From positions 46,748,001 through 46,812,000 of the forward strand of contig CM060732.1 in NCBI GenBank assembly GCA_030704615.1: 64,000 bases of DNA. Direction: 5' to 3'. A model generated the notes under the pieces. That model did not search any database and had not been told where the DNA came from. It saw only the letters and a list, made by a program, of their open reading frames with translations. Shown in pieces: positions 24,753-38,477 of this stretch (its first letter is position 1; each line of letters opens with the position of its first letter). The DNA is from Takakia lepidozioides (lineage: Eukaryota; Plantae; Bryophyta). A program made the position numbers and the translations under genes.

Positions 24753-27700
24753 GTGAGTCGACTTTCAACAATTACTTTGCTCAATCTTCAAATTCGATTT
24801 GGCATAAGTAATGTTGGGATGTCTGCCATAATGCGAACTATTGCAGACTATATCCTTGCTCCACACTTGAAACCCAAGATGCCACGGTCGCGGAAAGAGG
24901 CGCGCGAAGTCTTGGACTCTGTGGGGATGGGCTATAAGATTTTTCATGCATGTCCATGTGATAAAACCCTATACTACGGAGAGGATTCGCATCTCACCAA
25001 GTGCCCAAAGTGCAAGAAAGACCGATATCGGGATGATGTCCAAGGGAAAAGTACCACGCAAGGTATAAGCGTCATTCCCCCTCGCATGGAGATTATTAGA
25101 GAGTAGTACTCATGCAAGATCTGATTGTGGTTTTTTGAGTGAGTGAGGAGTGGAAGGAGCGACGTTTGGTTTTGACCATTCACACCCAAATGAGGGAGAG
25201 GCTGCATAAAGGGAAAGCATAAGGGTGTTGTATTATGTGTGCTAATGGGATGATTACATGTGGGGGCGTGGGGTATTTCATCCTAGAAAATGCATTACTT
25301 TCCGATCATCCCGCGATTGAGGGCACAGTACCGAAGCCCCGAATTGGCCAGACTCATGAGATGGCACGCCTCGCATCGGAGCCCCCCGGGAAAGGTGTGT
25401 GGGCCACAAGATTCACAAGCATGGAGGCATATTGAAGAGATGTGGCCTTTTCTCTTGGAGGACCCACGACATGTCCACCTCGGCTTCTCCTCGGATGGGG
25501 TCAACCCATTCTCTGTCCAGTCATGTAGTCATTCCACTTGGCCGGTGACCATGGTGAATTACAACATCCCTCCGTATCTTTCAATTAAAAAAAGCCATAT
25601 CATGTTGGCTGCCATTGTGCCAGGTGAGTGTACTCATTTCATGTTTATTATTGCCTTCGACTTTACATTAAACTTCTGATCTTTGACGCAATTCGGATGC
25701 AAGATTGATGAGTGACATAATCATGGAGTAAGACGTGTAATTCATTTTGTAGTATAATTGCATATTGGTGGAGCATTGAAACAATGATGTGAATGTCTCA
25801 AGGGAAAAACAAGTGGCAAACATGGACACGTACTTGCGACCTCTTGTTGATGAAACTTAAGAGCTATGGAGGGGGGTCCCGGCATTGGATGCTTCACTTG
25901 ACCCTATGGCCGGACAATCTTTTCAGATGAGAGGCATCTTGCTTTGGACAATGCATGATTATCCAGGTATATTATGTTCCCCATGAACAACCGCGTACAT
26001 TCACTTGTCAATGCCGGATGAGGATGAGGATTGGGATTGATTGAAGTAGCGGCGACAGTCTTGTGCACCGTAGTGGGGTAGATGGCATTATGGGCCACAT
26101 GACAACTTTTTGTTTTTGCTAATGTGGCGGGATGTGTAGTACATGACTAACTGTTTGCTCGGGGCTAAGCACCAAAGGGTACCATGCATGCTTGCATTGT
26201 GGCGATGATCTTGATGCACATAGCTCCGCCATCTTCACAAGATGGTGTATCCCAACTACCGCAAATTTCTTCCTATGAGCCATCGATGGAGAAGAAGAGA
26301 GAAACACTTGTTTGATGGCAAAGAGGAAGTACGTCCCCCCCCCTATGACACCGTCCGGGCAGTTTTGGGAGGACCGATGGAAGGAGGCCCATGCGGGCAC
26401 GGACGGTGAAGTGGACGTGCCCGGCATGAAACGACTTTCAATCTTCTACGAGTTGCCATATTTGGCGGTACATATTCCACAAAAACACCGTCAATATCCC
26501 TATGCATGCATGTGATATTGCACATTTGGTATGCGTTGCATTGTCACTTTCACGTAAATTTTTTTGTGTAAGTCTTTTGGGTGGGGATATATGTAGGACC
26601 TGAAGATTCGCCATCTTCTAGATCCCATGCATATTGAGAAGAATGTCTGCTCGTCCCTTTTTTGGGTTCTTCATGGCACGCCGACAAAGAAGGGAGTGGC
26701 TGCAAAAGGAGATTCTCTCGGTGTTAGAAAGGAGCTTGAGGAGCAGGGTCGCATGCGCCATCTATGGGCCGAACAAAATGGTGTGGACCCAAAGGGTGTT
26801 GTACGGTGGAAGTATAGCGCACCTTGGCAATGGACAAAGGAGGAATACAAGAAAGTGATAGCCACCATAAGTGCTGTCCGAACACCAACTGGTTATGGGT
26901 CATCCCTCCGTACGAAGTTCAGCGAAGAAGACGGGGTCCATGGTTTGAAGTCTCATGACTACCACAATCTATTGCAAGACATCTTGCCCATTGCAGTACG
27001 TGGGACATTGACTCCCGAGGTTCGTGAGACAATCTATAGATTGGGAGGCTTGTTCCGGTGGATTTGCTCCAAAGAGTTGGAAGAAGCAGATTTTCCACAC
27101 ATGAAGAAGGAGGCGGCGGAGGTAATGTGTATGTTGGAGATGCACCTTCCTCCCTCCTTCTTTGACATCCAAGTGCACTTGGTAGTGCACTTAGTGGAAG
27201 AGGCTTCGATTGCCGGCCCCGTTCATTCTCGGTGGATGTACTTCCTTGAGCGTTATATGAAGACTTTGAAAGGATTTGTAAGACAAATGGCGCACCCGGA
27301 GGGTAGCATGGCGGAGGGTATACGTTGCAAGAAGCTATGTTCTATTGCACGGAGTACATGGCAAGGGTGGATGAGGAACCCCTCGGATGTGGAAGGAAGA
27401 GGAGGATGCACGAACCAAAGACATCGTTTTGCCCAAAAAATCGAAGAGGGTAAAATTGCCGACCTTGGTGATTGAGCAAGCGCATGACTTCATACTGAAG
27501 AACACCCCATCCATACATGAGTGGGAGGCAAGATACAATAATCTTGTTCAGCAACGAGAGGAGGAGGCGGAACCATCCAAGGCCGGTTACTAGACGCCCA
27601 CGACGAGGAGCGGGCCGCCGGAATGTTCCTTCACAAAATTTGCCCATGGAATTGCAGCCTCTAAGTTCATTCCAACAGTGGCTTGGACTTCAGTTTATGA

Positions 27701-28300
27701 CGCCGTTGCTCAAGGAGGTGGTTTCAGATTTGGTGCAAGACATTGCAAGGGGCCCCTCTCAATTCGCGACCTCATACACGGCGGTTTGGGTTCACGGTCG
27801 TCATTTCCGCATTCGTGCTCTTGACATGAAGCGCAAAACAACCTTTGATTCTGGCTTGTGTGCCACATATTGGCAAGACTCCGTGTGGGGCAAGGGAGAT
27901 ACACGACCTGCTATGAGCAAACTTGAGTACATTGGAGAGCTTGAGAGCATACTCCAACTTCAGTATACAAGGTACCGGCCTCTTCTCTTCAAGGAAGGTG
28001 GTTCCAGCCACATCTTGTGGGGCCCTCCGCAACACTAGTGCAAGATGATTGTGGTTTCATGCGCGTCAATGCAGATAGGCTCAACCCTACTCATCGTCCC
28101 TCCGATGAGCCTTTTTCACGGCCTTCAGACATGGAGCAAGTTTTCTTCTCCGATGACAAAACAAGAGGGGGGGAATTGGAAAGGTGTTGTGCATGCTCAG
28201 AGGAAGACGTATCTATCATGGTCTCGGATCTCCATGGGGTGAGGCAATTGCGGTGGACGGAGAGACTGGTCATAATGATGCTGATGATGGAGGTTGGGTA
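24753..28300 (+). pseudogene. CACTA transposase (TnpD/Tnp2-like), spliced and frameshifted
   Basis: HACPCDKTLY..CPKC, HYFPIIPRLR, LGFSSDGVNPF..STWPV, HDYPG, DPMHIEKNV, GLKSHDYH, PPSFFDIQVHLVVHL and RWMYFLERYMKTLK. Confidence 0.92.
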
Positions 28301-29346
28301 GAGGGTAGAAGAGGATGATGACGCCCCGACAATGCATCCTGGACCCTATATGATGAAGCTCTAGAAGATACGGATGTTGGAGAAGGAGACGAAGACACGG
28401 CCATTGACAACGAGGTGGAGGATGATTCGGAGGTGCCTTTTGAGGGCCGGGCCATTTATGACGATGACTCCGATGACCAAGAAGACTTGCAGCTTGATGA
28501 GGATGAAGAGGCTCCGGATGATGATGTTCAAGTTGATTAGACACAAAATCAAAGCTACATAACAATTCTCGCACCGAACTGGACCCATCCCTTCGATTGA
28601 TTGTACATGTACATGCATATTGTACTTTATTTCTATGATTCATCAAATATGGCTGTGGCTGGTAGTCTTTCAAGAAAGAAGGCAGAGACAATGAATATGT
28701 TGGAGCAAACATACAGATGTGGTATCAAGAGAATTATCAAAATGAATGTCACAATCTACAAGAAGGTCCACAACAACAAGCTAAACCATAAAAAGAAAAA
28801 CAAACACCTACCCAGTACCATATGAAAAAAAAAAAAAAAAAAAAAAAACTAAGACCCCCAAAGGCCCTAAACCTAAACCTAAACCTAGAAAGCTCTGTCG
28901 TCGCCTCCTGCGACCCCCACGCGTCGCAAACTGCGACGCGTTTTCTTGGATTTATGAGGCCGGGGGTCGCAAACGGCGACGGCCATCCGTCGCCAAATGC
29001 GACCTGTTTTTTTGAATGGATTTATGAGGCCCGGGGTCGCAAACGGCGACGGACAGCCGTCGCAAACTGTGATATGTGGTTTTCTTGAAGCCCAAGACCT
29101 ATGTAACAATCCCAAAATGAAACCAAGTAGATGTGATCAGATCTGAATGGTGGAATCAGCCATGGAATATCGAAAAGTGGAAAGGTTATTTTCAAGAGTA
29201 CCTTGGTTAGCCAATTAAATGGCAGCCCCACTCTTTCCAAAGACAGGTTAACACGAGCTTGAAACAGTCATTCTAGCATTCATGTAGGTCATGTGATTGT
29301 GCTTAATTCCATCGTCCATATTGTTACTGGTTCCACGAGACGATGA

Positions 29347-30383
29347 GAGAGAAGCTATGGCGTGAACATGCTCACACTTTGTACACTAAGCGTGAGCAGA
29401 TTTCAAGCGTGAACAGAATCGTGAAAGGAAACCTATAACCGTGGCAAACATAGGCATATTACCGTGGACGCAAAATGTTGTGAAATTGACAATTTTTTGG
29501 AACTTGGCAGGGGCTCAAGAGAATACATTAGAAATGGAAACATGACAGCTTTGTATGATGTAGCTTTGCCTCTGTTTGTCATTGCGAGGCTGGAAGATGT
29601 TTGCGCCAACATAAGCATCATTTGCTCCTCCAACCATTGCAAAGATAGACACCCCCTGTCCAAAAAAAAAAAATGTTTTTTTTTTTTTTTTTTTTTGTCA
29701 TTGCGAGGGTTGGGAGATGTTTGCGCCGATGCAAGCATCATTCGCTCCTCCAGCCATTGCAAAGATGGACACCTCTGTCCAAAAAAAAAGATTTATTATT
29801 ATTATTGTTATTATTATTTTGGTTCTGTTATTGCGAGGGCTAGGAGATGCTTGCATTGGCGCAAGCATCATTTGCTCCTCCAACCATTACATGGATGGAT
29901 TTTTATTTTTATTATTTTTTATTTTTCCATGTGGTTCCGTCATTGCGAGGGCAGGGACAATGCAAGCAAGCATCATTTGCTCCTTCAACCATTCCAAGGA
30001 TGGACCCACCTCCCTTCATGTTCTATTTTTTATTTTTAATTATAGTTGATTATGTCATTGCGAGGGCTGGGAGATGCTATGATTGCGCCAACGCAAGCAT
30101 CAACTGCTCCTCCAGCCATGCAAGGATGGATTTTTTTAATTTTTTTAATTTTTTCGACAAGGCTGGGAGATGCTTGCGCCAACGCAAACATCATTTGCTC
30201 TTCCAGCCATTGCAAGGATGGACCCCCCTCCCTTTCAAACTCCTTCCCGCGGTAATAGGCATTGTGTACTTGTGGTGTCCGCGGTTATAGGTCCCTAACT
30301 TTCGGAGTTAACCTAGAAACGTGAGCAGATTTTTGCTCACGGTATTTTTGCTCACGTGAGCTGCTCATGGTCTAGCATTCCTC
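29347..30383. mobile_element. TIR element (Mutator-like MITE) hosting a nested TIR element at ~29428-30296
   Basis: Outer TIRs GAGAGAAGCTATGGCGTGAACATGCTCAC and (reverse complement) GAGGAATGCTAGACCATGAGCAGCTCAC; 9-bp TSD-like AGACGATGA / AGACGACGG. Inner TIRs ACCTATAACCGTGG / CCGCGGTTATAGGT. Confidence 0.6.
29578..30222 (+). repeat. Minisatellite, 6 copies of a ~70-bp core with T-rich spacers (period ~100-130 bp)
   Basis: Core GTCATTGCGAGGGCTGGGAGATGCTTGCGCC..GCAAGCATCATTTGCTCCTCCAGCCATTGCAAGGATGGA at about 29578, 29697, 29827, 29939, 30054 and 30155. Confidence 0.9.
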
Positions 30384-31264
30384 AGACGACGGTGATGGCT
30401 GTGATTCTATGAAGCAGTCTTCCATGCCAATTTAGGGAGCTCTTCCTTTTCATTATGTCCAATTGTGAATTGCTTTTACAATCGTGGCCGCCCTGGGAAA
30501 CGACCTCAGCATTTTGGTGGCTTTTCAACATGAGCTGACTATATCATGTCCTGAGTGGCTTTGCATTGCATTAGACGTGCAAGAGGGATGCAATGTAGGC
30601 TAGGAACAAACCCCTAGACTAGTATACAAAGTATATTTTTGTTGTTGCCTTCTCAATTGATTTTGCAGTCACTTCTAGACTAAAGTAGACAAGTTCGCAA
30701 ATTAAGTGCTAGTATTTGGAGTATTATATGTCTTGTGCAGATGGTACATATTCCAAATGCAATATTTTCCTTTTTGTCAAATCACTTTGAGAGTTGCATG
30801 TCATCCATGTGATCATTCACCACTCAGAGATCTGGAAATCGTTTGCAATTTAATTTGTCCAACAATCATTAGATCATAGTGCAATTAACTGTTTCCATGC
30901 TCTAAGTTCAATCAGAGACCCCAGGTACACAATTGATGTACTAGTTCTCTAAGTGTTTATGGTGTAAATTTCACAGTTGTCAAAAAGACTTTAGACGCAT
31001 TGCTAGAAACCGACGAATACGTGTATTGCGCAGAGGAGGTTTCAAATCTACTGAAGTACTATTCTTATCGAGTTCATATGAATGTCTATGATAATTCTTG
31101 CAGCACAGACACAATTAAATGGATTGAGAGAGAAGTTTATTAAATCAGAATTAGAGGTGATGAGGTTTCGTCATAAAGGAAAAAAAAAACAATGTGGTTG
31201 GTCTCATATTTTAGTCGTACTGACTGTTGGGCACCCTGTGTAGAACAGACCTCTACTCAACCTA

Positions 31265-32267
31265 TATCTGCTTAGCATGGTGCTGCCCTTTGTTTCTCTC
31301 TCAGACACCCAGACAGGTGAAGCAGGGATAACAAAGATAAACTTTGAAGATGCTTGATCTTCTCTCTTTGAGTGAATTCGTTGGTTTTTTGATACATGTG
31401 GATAACACATCTTTGCTCAGTTGCCGGAGGAAATCAAATCTACTCAACAAGGACAACCACCAGATGACAAAATCATTATAAAATACAAATCGGACTTCTG
31501 GATTTGCAACACTATGGGACGAATACAGATACCTCCAACAATAACATATCAAATCAATGGGAAGAAACATTGTGAATTATGGAACTTGTGTCCCATTTAA
31601 AGACTTCCGAGTTTTCTCTCTTTATTTGTCTTTGTTTTTTAGGGTGAGTCACCCAGAGTTATGAATTATTAAGTATGACCAGCCCATGGGATCTTACACC
31701 TAACACCATGCCTTCTTTGGTGTTACCTGCCATTTCCTTTCTTTAAATGTAATTTTATTTTTCTTCAATTTATTTTCTTGAAATTCTGAATAATTTCCAG
31801 ATATTTGCACATCAATAAAATTCAGTAAAAATGATCATAAATAGCTGGTAACAGCACTTCGAAAAAATTCAAACATCAAAAATTTGCTTACACAAAAATT
31901 GAATTGCCAACAAAATCATCTGAATGAATTCGTGCTCAATGGCAAATCAATATTTCAGAATGTCTTGGACATTGTGACAAAATAACAGGCCTCCTCCCCT
32001 TAGAAGATTTGTTTTAAAAAAAAAGTAAAAAGAAAAATCCGAGATGTTTGTATGCATTTTTGAATCATTCTTCCAACTGCTACAAAGATAACTTATGATG
32101 TCACTTCACACTAAAAGACTATTATCTTCCATTATTTCAAGCTACATGTAATCTTGTGAATGAAAGAAAAAAGAAATAGTTCATATAGTAGAAATGTGAA
32201 CATTTGTCATGAAAGCAAACTGGTCATAAGCAAAAAAACAAACAAAAAAACTATGGAAAGCAAACTA
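31265..32267 (-). repeat. ~1.0 kb dispersed repeat, copy 2
   Basis: Reverse complement of 588-1622. Confidence 0.85.
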
Positions 32268-33415
32268 ATATAAATATTAGTAAATATTAGTAAATAGTAT
32301 AATATTACAAAAGCTAAAGGACAAAGCAACAAGTCATCATCAACCTATTGATTTTACATTATGTCGCAGTCTGAGTGTATTGCAGCCTGAAAGAATAAAA
32401 ACAAGACATGATTCAATATTAATTGTCTGTCAATGAACTATTGATTGCATCAATATTATCTTTTGCATAAATTTACAAGCTGCAAACATGAAATTTGAAC
32501 AAATTATGGAAGATTGATCCTGGGGAGTTCAGTGACTCCTTATAAAACTTTGTTACCATCTGTGAATAAATGGTATATAGTTGGGGGATATTATTTGGTT
32601 TTTTGTTTTTTTTTTGTACCCTTGCATTACATAATTTTGTAATACGGGTCTTTTGTAGACACCCTATTTTGAATTATAAAAATACTATATTCTTTTATTA
32701 GCACCCAAATTTACTTCAAAATATTATATAAAGTTCAATTTGAAGGGGAAAAAAAAAACAGTAGCAGCACTTGTACAACAAACAACAAAATACATGAACT
32801 TTATTTAAGCCAATATGGCGTACTATCATTCACTAACAAACTCATTCAATGAGTCTGCATCATTACTATCTAACACATACAAGTTGTTAAACCCATTCAC
32901 TCATACTTCATCCATAGTTACCTACTTATGTTCATCCACCTAGGGGATTCATAATGGTGAAGGGAATCCTAGCTATACCCCCGAGCATTTTTTTTTCTTC
33001 CCATACATTTTTAAAAAATTGTAACACGAAAGCAAAAAAAGTACCCCTATTTTTTTTATAAATATAATTTTCATAATCCCCCAACCCTTTGTTAAAATTA
33101 AATCTTTTAGAATTTTTCTTTTTCAAGAATTTGTTGGACCCTATGTTTTATCGCACATGGTTGGAATTCATGCCGAGCGACTTCCCCTAGAGATTGATAT
33201 GGAAGCATATCTTTGAAATATGAAATTCGTTAGTGAACTATTGATTTTGTACATAATCAACTATGCATATTAAGCATAAAGAAGTGCACATGAGGGTAAC
33301 AAACATGTTCCAAATTTGGGGGTCATTATTAGACCTCCCTCTCAACTATCAAAGAGGGAGGTAATTCTCAATCACCAATTAGGTAATTCTCACTAATTAT
33401 AGGCAGGTAATTCTT

Positions 33416-36400
33416 TGTTGGGACCTGTAAAGCTAAAGCCCCGACGCAAGGATATGCTCTTATCCTCTATGGGTTAAGTCATGCACAGGGGATTGTAAGC
33501 TATAGAACTTTGCCAAGCTGACAGGGGAGGATCTATTGCAGAGCACATATACAATCTAAGCCAATCGTTGCACGCAGCAGAGTATCAAAACAGTTTCATC
33601 CAGAGTCATTCACACATCCACTACACCAGCTTGAACACCAAAAACATCCTGCCTTAGCCTGATGATCTCTACATTTAAATAATTGGGAGAGGCTAATCTG
33701 GAGATCCAGATGCAGCACTCTTATTGGACATCCAGATTACAATACCTCACATCAGCCAGCTCAGTTTCCAGGTTGGCTTATCTCGTGACTGTTAACGTAG
33801 GACAATCATATAACCAAAGATAGTCTCTGTCATCATTCATGTCCAACAACCCCATTAATGTCCAACAACCGCCATAGAATCTGGAGCTCTACATATGTAA
33901 AGCTTGCCCCCGCTAGGAAAGCGAGCTCCCGCGAGCTAACTGAAATACCGAACTACCGAAGCTAAGCAAGTCACACCATGCCTAATACTAGCATCTGGCG
34001 CGAGAGGGATGAAAAAACCCGCAGCAAGAAACCTTGCACCTGCAAATTGGGCTAAGGGAAAAACTCATTGGGGGAAAAACCCCAATCACGTTACAACAGT
34101 GATGCAAACACTAATGCGAAGCTAAAGCCTGTGCTAAGGTTCTTCACTTCCTCTAACACCAGATGTCGTTGGTCTGCAGCAGACCGTTATTTGCACACCA
34201 CACAACACCAGAGATGGCCATTGGTTGAACCGTCAAAAAGCACACAAGAGAGGCCATAGCTTGGACCTCCAGAAAACACACAAGGCTGCAACACTCCAGC
34301 CTTTAATCCCTGCACTCAATCACACACAAAAATCAGCCAGTCGTCCTGCCTTCTACATTGATGCAGGTGAGATTGAAGACCAATCTGCTGTGCACTAGGG
34401 AGTCCACATGCACAGAGTGAGTTATGGGTGGCGTGGAATGATGTTAGGGAAGCAACATGAATTTTCTCCCACAAAGTTTTTCAGTGATGAGATAAGGGCC
34501 CTCAATGCGCTTCGAGGCTTTGGAGATAATTTTCCCAAGTTGGAGATGGACACACACAGTTTGGCCCACCAAGAATTCCTCTGAGTAGTGAACTTTCTTG
34601 TTGTAGTTACGAGCCTGCACAACCTGAGCCCGAGCAATGTTAGTCCTGACCTTAGTTTCAAAGACAAGTTGTTTGGAAAGCATAGCATCCACAAATTGCT
34701 GCCAATGAGTGGGCTCTGCAATGGGAGTGAGCAACGGAGTATTATACAGGGGAGTGCGAGCCTTTCTACCATAGAGAACTCAAATGGAGAATACCGGTGG
34801 TAGAGTGCACAGAGGTCCGATAAGCGAAAATCAGAGTGGGTAGAGTAGCATCCCAATCACCCAAGAGTGACCCTGTCTTCTCAAGCATAGCACACATGGT
34901 ATGATTGAACCTTTCAGTCAAGCCATTGCATTGAGGATGATAGGGTGCAGTCATACGATGCTTAACACCCAAATTAAAACACAAAATCTGCATGAGCTGA
35001 TTACAAAATTCAGAGCCTTGATCGGTGAGGATCTCCTGGGGACAGCCATGGCGCAAGATGACCTCGTTGAAGAAGAACTGTGCAACTGTGTCTGCATCCT
35101 TAGCAGCCAAGGGTTGAACCTCCACCCACTTAGATAGGTAATCAGTTGCCACAACAATGTAACAATGTCCGTAGGCTGGAGTGGCCCACTCTGGCAAATG
35201 GTTCAGACACCGGAATGGGTTGCAAAGCAGTGAAGGACGGGCCCTCGGAAGCAATGTCTGAGAATGGCACTCCTCACAGTAAGAGATAAAGTGTGTAATA
35301 TCTTGAACCATCTCTTTCCAATGATACCTCTCTTGGAGCCTCTTCAAGGTCTTACTGATGCCGAAGTGACCAGCAAAAGCAGAAGAATGATGCAACTCAA
35401 GCAACTCTGAAACTGAATCCCTATTAGAAACCTCCATAGCATAGGTCTGACCTTCCAAGGCAATCCTCATGAACAGTTTACCTTCGCGTGCCTCACAATG
35501 GGGAAAAGGATAGTTAACCTGTCTTTGAGTAGCCTTGGATATGCCTGGAAGTTGAGTGCCGGTCATGCACTTATGGAGTAGAGCCAAATACAACTGATTC
35601 TCCATACATGTACACTTAGCAAGACCAGCGAGCAGTGGGTTAATATGAGGAGATAGGAGTGTCCGCCTCTGTGTTCTCCTATAACATAAGAGTCTCATAC
35701 CACATCTGAACATGGTCATGGAGGTAACAGGCAGGGCTGAAGTCCAGGTCCTAAGGGAAATCTGCAGATGCGATCTGATGTACACCCTTCCACCCACAAG
35801 ATGATCAACCAGGGTCAAATGTCATGAGATCCCAATCATCCAACAAGTTCATGGACCTAGGCATCTCATCAAGCAAGCTACAAAACAAGAGCTGATCTGC
35901 AGTGGTAGTAGAAGTAGGAACAGGTGCAGGCATAGCAATCAAATCATCAAGAGAAGAGTAAGGGGTGGGAACCTTTGTTTCCCCTCTTGTCAATGCATCA
36001 GCGTTACCATTTTCTTTGCCCTTTTTTATAGACAATATCATATTCAAACCCCTGTAGAAGAAGAGACCAGCGAGCCAATCTACCTGATAATTCGCGTGGG
36101 GTTTTCAAGGCTTTGAGAGGCAAATGGTCAGTCTCAACAGTAAAATAACAACCATGCAAATACTGACAGAAGTGCTTGACACCAAATATAACTGCTAGGC
36201 CTTCCTTATCAGTAATTCTATAATTTCTTTCATGCTTATCAAGTCTTCTAGATGCATAAGCAACAACATGCTCACGACCATCCTTCTTCTAGCTTAGGAT
36301 GGCTGAAACAGCTAGGTCACTAGCATCAGTCTGCAACAAAAAGGGATGGAGAAATCATGAAAAATGAGTATAGGAGCAGAAGTCAATGATATCTTGAGTC

Positions 36401-37588
36401 TCTCAAAGGCAATGCCTCAGCCTTACCCCACTGGAATTTAACATCTTTGCAAAGCAAGTAAAACAAGGGACCAACTAGCTTAGCAAAATGAAAGAAGAAC
36501 CTTCTATAATAGGATGCAAGGCCTAAGAATGCTCTCACACAATGCTTATCCTTCGGGATAGGAAAATCCCAGACTGCCTGGACTTTGGTTAAGTCAAGTT
36601 TGATGCCATCCCCGCAAAGAATGTGTCCCAAAAAACGCAACTCCAGCATACAAAAATCACATTTCTTTGCCTTAACTTTAAGTCCGACAGTTCGTAACTT
36701 GCTCATTACTCTTTGCAGGTCCAAAAGGTGAGATGCAAAGCTGCTGGAATAAATATTAATGTCATCTACATATACAAGAGCACATTTCCATCTTAAATTA
36801 CCAAGGACCACGTCCATCAGCCGTTGGAATGTAGCAGTGGCATTACAAAGCCCAAACGACATGGTTTCGTACTGAAACAGACCATACCTGCAGGTAAATG
36901 TAGTCTTTTCTTTGGAGTCCTCTGTCAGTGGAACTTGCCAGAAACCAGAGGCTAAATGAAGGGAAGAAAAGATAGTTGCCCCATTAAGTTGGTCTAGGGT
37001 CTCGTTGATACGTGGCAAGGGATAGACATCTTTTTTAGTCATGGCATTCAACCTTCGAAAGTCCACACAGAAGCGTGTGGTGCCATCTTTCTTGCCCACA
37101 AGCACAATGGGACTAGCCCAGGGGGAAACAGAAGACTTTATCACTCCGGAATCCAACATCTTCCTAATTTCTTCTTGAATAACTGCTCTTTCATGGACAG
37201 ATTCTCTGTAAGCATATTGTTTGACTGGTCTTCCTTCAGTAATAATTTCATGCTTAAGTATCTTTGTGCAGCCCAGGTCATGTGAACCTTTGCTAAATAT
37301 GTCCAGGTTTCTTTTGAGCAGAAGATGTAATTGAGCTTGCTGGGAATCAGTCAGTTCACCCACCTTTATCTCAGCCAATACCTGTTGAAAGTGAGCTTCA
37401 TGTTCAGTAGTGAGGCTGGGATTTGTTGGGGCTATAGCTAAACTGGTCATAGCAATCAGACTGTCCAGAGGATCATCTTCCAGACCAATATCTCGTAGAT
37501 GTAAAGCTGGCTCCACCGAGGATATGTCACTGATGGGCACAACAGTAAGCCTGGCCAGCACTTGACCCTTTCTAATGGTGACTGGCAT
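33416..37588 (-). mobile_element. Ty3/Gypsy LTR retrotransposon, 5'-truncated; decayed pol (RT, RNase H, integrase)
   Basis: RT: SPWASPIVLVGKKDGTTRFCVDFRRLN, YVDDI. RNase H: LQTDAS region ~36050-36380. Integrase: HHSSAFAGHFG..CEEC, DYLSKW, TDQGSEF, PYHPQCNGLTER. Domain order is Gypsy. The left boundary (TGTTGG at 33416) is tentative. Confidence 0.88.
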
Positions 37589-38016
37589 CACTACAACAAA
37601 TGGGGGGGGGGGGTTGCGACGCCAGCCATGCCCCCATGCCCCGCACGGCGCCGAGGGTGCGACGCCAACCCCGCGGAGCATGTTTGCGACGCCGGGCCGT
37701 CGCAGCCAAACCCCGCGGGAGTGAAACCTAGCGCCGGGGCCAGGCGGCGACGCCTAGCCGTCGCACGGAGTGATGAAGGGAAAATGGCAGCCCTTCCGTG
37801 CGACGCCTAAGCGTCGCCCCCAGCGAAGGGCAGAAGGCAGCCCTTTCTGGCGACGGCCGGTTGTCGCACGCCGGAAAAAAAAAAACATTTCTTGCCATTT
37901 CTTTCAACGCAGCCCTTTCTTGCGACGCCCCGGCCGTCGCATGGTGGCATGAAGGGCAAAAGGCCCCTGCGACGGCCGGGCGTCGCAAACTGCCCGGCTG
38001 CCCTATTCTTTCAAAA
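37589..38016 (+). mobile_element. Isolated CACTA terminus
   Basis: Starts CACTACAACAAAT, followed by dense GCGAC/GTCGC subterminal repeats. Truncates the Gypsy pol. Confidence 0.75.
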
Positions 38017-38469
38017 CAAAAATGAAAGCCTCAACAATGCCTTAAACACCGAAATTTGTGTCAGTGTAGCCAATACTTTCAATGAGGTCGCAGCCATCAT
38101 ACTTCCTCTCATTTCGCAACATGCCTCTACTTTTGCTGAAAAAAATCTCACAAACATCAGATCCAACAATGTTCAAGGGAACTTGCAAGTGGATGAACTT
38201 ATCTTTGAAGAGCTTGATGAGGATAACCACATAATGACATGAAGCTTGCAAGGCTAAGTAGGTTTCTTTGCTGATAAAGAAAGATTTCATATTGTAGAGT
38301 CCATGACGATCTATCCATCGTTTTCATAATCTGAAAAAGAACGCTACTTTGGCTGCAGATCGTACCCTTCCACCAAGAGATAGGTGAGGAGAAGATCGGC
38401 AAAATTGGGAGGCAGCTCAACGCATAACTTTTCGCAAAGTGTATGCATGCTTGAAGGAGTTGCAATCAA
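38017..38469 (-). mobile_element. C-terminal part of the P/THAP9-like transposase, inverted relative to 8826-12252
   Basis: RVRSAAKVAFFFRL*KRWI...FISKETYLALQASCH...GSDVCEIFFSK, which resembles the P-type catalytic Glu motif SQD.LE..FS. Confidence 0.65.
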
Positions 38470-38477
38470 GTCCTAAC

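Larger units (their letters stand above)
21394..29089 (+). mobile_element. CACTA (En/Spm) transposon, 5' end not found
   Basis: Transposase pieces at 24753-28300, GTCGC/GCGAC subterminal repeats at 28895-29065, and a degenerate 3' TIR TTTTCTTGAAG near 29079-29089. Inclusion of 21394-24400 in the element is inferred. Confidence 0.7.

Noticed and set aside
28864-28887. Telomeric repeat (CCCTAAACCTAAACCTAAAC)
   Set aside because: Only one true CCCTAAA unit, inside the CACTA 3' region and not adjacent to the PLE.
29578-30222. CRISPR-like repeat-spacer array
   Set aside because: Units are ~70 bp and diverged, spacers are poly-T, the context is eukaryotic and there are no cas genes.
588-32267. 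The 1 kb repeat pair as LTRs of one element
   Set aside because: No TG...CA ends, PBS or PPT, and the pair encloses a host F-box gene.
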